From: Eledone cirrhosa
Taxonomy: Eukaryota
DNA: 64,000 bases
Direction: 5' to 3'
Assembly: GCA_964016885.1 (NCBI GenBank)
Contig: OZ024740.1
Coordinates: forward strand, 42,098,001-42,162,000
The translations under genes and the position numbers were made by a program. A model generated the notes under the pieces. That model searched no databases and was not told the origin of the DNA. It saw only the letters and a program-made list of their open reading frames with translations. Shown here piece after piece: positions 59,706-64,000 of this stretch. Numbering within the stretch: the stretch's first letter is position 1; every line of letters starts with the position of its first letter.

Positions 59706-60262
59706 TATTAATGTGCAATAAGAGCAAAATATAACGACATTGCTCAATTATTTTATCTAATGTTGTAATAACACAAGGAAATGTTGTTTGTGTATTTTTT
59801 TTTATATTTGCTCATAGGCTTTTACAATTTCACTCAGCCAACAACTATTAAAAAGTGAGTTGCTTAAGATAACAATTTAATCACAAATTGTTGCTATCTT
59901 TTAATACACACCAACAAGTCATCAAATTATGTACAATAAAAACAAATCTTATTAATTTGCTCAGGGAATATAAAGAAAATGTATATACACTGATAATTGC
60001 AATTGTATGTAAATATTTTGTATTTGTATTGTTTATTTTATGTCTTCTATTATGTATAATATATTGATTTAATATTGATTGTTTTTTGTAGTTGTTTATA
60101 TTAAAAGTCTGAAAATATTTTTATACATCTTACACTAATATTTATAAGATAATTTATAATAACAATTACATAATCTAATTACATTACAACGGTAATTTAT
60201 TATTAATATATATCTTGTTTAACTAGAGTTATTACAAGCGTTGCCTTAAAAAAATATTAAAC

Positions 60263-61217
60263 TAGACATGAAAAATGCGCAAGCTCAAAAGTGCCACAGA
60301 ATGTTATAATAAACCTTCAAAAGTGTGGGACTAGAGTTGTTGCTAAAAAATATTGTAATCATTATATATCGTACATTCTGTGGCATCCTTTATAAAAATA
60401 GCTTAAACCAACGAAGCCTTTATTTTTACGCTATTTCACTTAGTTAATTCTTAGAGTGTAACATATAAAAATAAATACATCTATGTTTAATGTAATAACA
60501 GCTATAAATAATTACGTAATATTATTATCATATACTCATAGTAACAAAATAATTGTGTTGAAAATTAATATGATGCTTATATGAACGATCAAATCTATAA
60601 TGATAATTTCTTAAATATACTAATAGTAAAATAATTTAGTTATCTATTGTTACATTTTCATAGAACTATAATATTAACAATCGTATTGCATTATCAAATT
60701 TTTATCACTACAAACTTTCATATTGGAATTACCTTAAGCCACTTATTATTACTTCGCTTTCGTACTTTTACAGCTGTAGATATTGCGCTGTATCTTATAT
60801 CTAATATCAATATCTCATGGTAATTTGCATGCAGTGTAAAATAGGTTTATTAATAACTTTAATATGAAATGTATTATACAGGGCTGCGGAGTCGGCCAAA
60901 AATTGACTGGCTCCAACTCAGGATCCGATACTCCATTATTTCCTAAATTTCAGCTCCGCAGCTCTGTTATTATATTAATTAATTTATTTTATAGTTGTAA
61001 ATCATATTTTTATATGTTACACTCTAAGAATTAACTAAGTGAAATAGCGTAAAAATAAAGGCTTCGTTGGTTTAAGCTATTTTTATAAAGGATGCCACAG
61101 AATGTACGATATATAATGATTACAATATTTTTTTAGCAACAACTCTAGTCCCACACTTTTGAAGGTTTATTATAACATTCTGTGGCACTTTTGAGCTTGC
61201 GCATTTTTCATGTCTAT
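60263..61217. mobile_element. Foldback/MITE-like element with ~210-bp terminal inverted repeats
   Basis: 60263-60473 is the reverse complement of 61006-61217; AT-rich interior; no HHR seen. Confidence 0.75.
60879..60966. mobile_element. 88-bp hAT-type MITE nested in the foldback
   Basis: TIR CAGGGCTGCGGAG / CTCCGCAGCTCTG; 8-bp flanks GTATTATA / TTATTATA. Confidence 0.7.
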
Positions 61218-61338
61218 ATATTATATGTGTGTGGAATAGTATAAATATTTCTTCCTATTTACTAACATATATATATATATTATATATTATATATACATAC
61301 ATTATATATATATTATTAATATATTCCATACGTACATT

Positions 61339-61383
<45 letters not shown>

Positions 61384-61547
61384 TAAAATAAAAGATTAAA
61401 GTTTAAGCAAAGAATCGCTGCTTTCACCCTTAACGGGATCTTCTGAAACTAACCAATATATATATATATATATATTGGTTAGTTCTCAAGAATGAAACAG
61501 TTCTAGTTTATATATATATTACACACACAGAAATGTATATATATTTC

Positions 61548-61582
<35 letters not shown>

Positions 61583-61808
61583 TACACACACAGAAATGTA
61601 TATATATTTCTGTGTGTATATATATATATTTCTGTGTGTGTATATATATATATATTATACACACACAGAAATGTATATATATTTCTTAGAACAAAATTAT
61701 TATTAATGTTTTGCTGTTCATAACAATTGGAATTGAAAAATTACTTTTGAAATTATTAGTTATTTTACTAATGCTTAGATATATAAAAATGAAGCAATGT
61801 TTCTAATA

Positions 61809-61997
61809 ATTGTTTCTACTTTTGGTACAAGGCCAGCAAATACCCAGTACATTACTGGTACTTTATTTTATCGACCCCGTGAGGATGAAAGGCAAAGTTA
61901 ACCTCGGCGATATTTGAACTCAGACTGTAAAGGGACGTAACTCCATGCTATGAAGCATGGTGTCCGACTCTCTACAGATTCTGCCAATTCACCGCCC
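61809..61997 (-). mobile_element. tRNA-derived SINE
   Basis: Family match. Confidence 0.85.
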
Positions 61998-62298
61998 TAA
62001 TGTCTGTACGTAATGAGGGAGTGAGAGGGGAGAGAAAGAAAGGCAGATGTGAAGTGACGAAGTGACTCTCTCCCCCTCCTCCTCCTCCATCTCCCCATTC
62101 GTCACAGCGATAGAGGGGAGGAATGTTAGTGTGTTACAAAGAGAAAGAGTGAGAGTGAGATAAACAGACAGACTAAAAGAGAGGGATAGCTGGAGAGAGA
62201 GAGAGATAGCAACCACGCGCGCACGTGTTTCCACTGTCGGACAGACAGACAGAGAAATTGCTGGTTATATATGATAAGGAGATATATTTATTATATAA

Positions 62299-62598
62299 TA
62301 TATATTTATTTGGTTCCTTTACCGGTTTCGCAATTCTTCTGCTTTTCAAAAGTAGAATTGAGATGGTGGGTTTGTGGTTTTTCTCACATATATATGTGAG
62401 AAAAACCACAGACCCTCCATCTCAATTCTACTTTTGAGAAGCAGAAGAATTGCGAAACCGGTAAAGGAACCAAATAAATATATATTTTTATAAAAAAAAG
62501 ACTCCAGTTGCATTTTCGATTTCATCTTTTTTCCGTATACTTTCACCCGTGTAGGACACCTCGTTTTTTTTTCATTTTGTAAAAAAACCTCACTTTCT
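62299..62598 (+). mobile_element. Family C fold-back
   Basis: ~90-bp arms folding at CACATATATATGTG, plus tail and (TA)n. Confidence 0.82.
62431..62466 (+). ncRNA. Minimal hammerhead ribozyme, U3-A8 variant (family C)
   Basis: CTT-TTGAGAA-GCA GAAGAAT TGC-GAAA-CCGG-TA-AAG. Confidence 0.65.
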
Positions 62599-63308
62599 AA
62601 TATATATATATATATATAATGAAGTATAAGTGATACATTTAGATTGCGTATAGCCCAGCCACTATTCACTCCATGAATTTACAGAATCTGCAAGTCAGAG
62701 TGTTCACTCTACGCTAAACAGTGGATGGACGGCTTAATGTGGGAACAACTATTCTGCAACAAATTTCATTACGGCATCCTATATGAGTCGATGCAATTCC
62801 AACCGCTGCATAAAGAAATGATGCAATATTTCCAAAATATTAGAAAGATCATATGACTAGAACTAACGGGGTAAATCATCGGCGGAGTTCAGTCCTAAAA
62901 CTAAAGGAAGAATTCCATTGAACTTCCACAATGGTAATGACAGAAGTGTCAAAAACTGTGGTAGAATCACGTAAACTTCTAAAGAATTCATCCGTTAGGG
63001 ATATGCACGCTGTTGGTGGTAAAATTCAAATAGTTGAATCATCGCCGAAGCTCTCAACCTGAATAGTTTTGTATATAACAAAGACATAAATGCAAAAAAT
63101 ACGTACAAATTATATTAAAGAAATAGTGTTCAACCAATGATTAAAGGCTTGTTACTTATCAGGGATATATAATATATGTAGTAATAAACAGTAAATTGTG
63201 TGTTTAAAATTACGAGGGTAGAGAGACCACGTAGCTTGACAGATTTAACCGGAAACGGAAAATACAGGATAAAAAATAAAAAGTACTAACCGTTTCAATA
63301 ACTATTAG

Positions 63309-63394
63309 TCTCCCGGACAGATTAGAAATTTAATCTGTTTCGCCCTGAGAATTGTGTTTGTAACAGATAATCCGTAGGCATCTTCAGCGGGAGA
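63309..63394 (-). ncRNA. Type I hammerhead ribozyme with long stem III
   Basis: Minus: TCTCCCG-CTGAAGA-TGCCT..AGGGC-GAAA-CAGATTA AATTTC TAATCTG-TC-CGGGAGA. Confidence 0.88.
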
Positions 63395-63627
63395 TAAGAT
63401 CAAATGTGACAAAAAACCTAAGACTAAATACTACACGAGTGAATATTTCACCTCGTGCGTTCAAAGTGGCGTGGGTGGATCGGCTAGAAATAATAGCCTA
63501 AAATCACCCAACTTGTAAGCTCACTAAGTAAAGGAGCCGAAATTCAAATAAAAGGTAGAGTTAGATACTCATATTAATACCTGTAATTAACAATCTCAAA
63601 TTTATAAATACTGAGCATTATATAATG

Positions 63628-63807
63628 TGAATTGGCAGTATCGGTAGAGGGTCGGAAATGCTTTCCAGCATAGTTACGTCCCTTTACGATCTGAGTTCAA
63701 ATCCCGCCGAGGTTAACTTTGCCTTTCATCCTTACGAGGTCGATAAAATAAAGTACCCGTAATGTACTGGGTAATTTCTGGCCTTGTGCCAAAAGTAGAA
63801 ACAATTA
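63628..63807 (+). mobile_element. tRNA-derived SINE inside a partial-tandem pLTR
   Basis: Family match; 63166-63220 is repeated directly at 63807-63862. Confidence 0.85.
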
Positions 63808-63858
63808 TATAATATATGTAGTAATAAACACATTAAATTGTGTGTTTAAAATTACGAG

Positions 63859-63899
<41 letters not shown>

Positions 63900-64000
63900 G
63901 TGGAACCCTGGAAGGTAATATCCGTAGTGGTAGAGCACTCAGTCCATGGGACGAGTTAGGTAGAAGTGGTTACACAACAGTTAGTTCACCATACCGAGAA

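Overview
AT-rich, microsatellite-laden eukaryotic intergenic DNA. The tRNA-derived SINE family and the (TA)n/(CA)n load suggest an octopod cephalopod (inference). No host gene is recognisable and the window is almost entirely mobile DNA. It holds one intact Penelope-like retroelement (PLE; RT+GIY-YIG ORF 30501-33140 with direct pLTRs), a second frameshifted PLE and four PLE coding fossils. It also holds a DD37D mariner-like transposon, a non-autonomous LTR element (tRNA-Trp PBS, 4-bp TSD), CRE-clade LINE fragments, two non-autonomous Helitrons, TTAA and hAT-type MITEs, and many SINEs. The dominant hidden signal is roughly 20 loci with type-I hammerhead ribozyme (HHR) motifs from many unrelated sequence families. 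Most sit in short non-coding fold-back (inverted-repeat) cassettes inserted in (TA)n tracts. Three families carry the compensatory U3-A8 core, several share a 3'-terminal GAGTRC motif, and one fold-back carries a tRNA-like 3' end instead of an HHR. All folds and alignments were done by eye.
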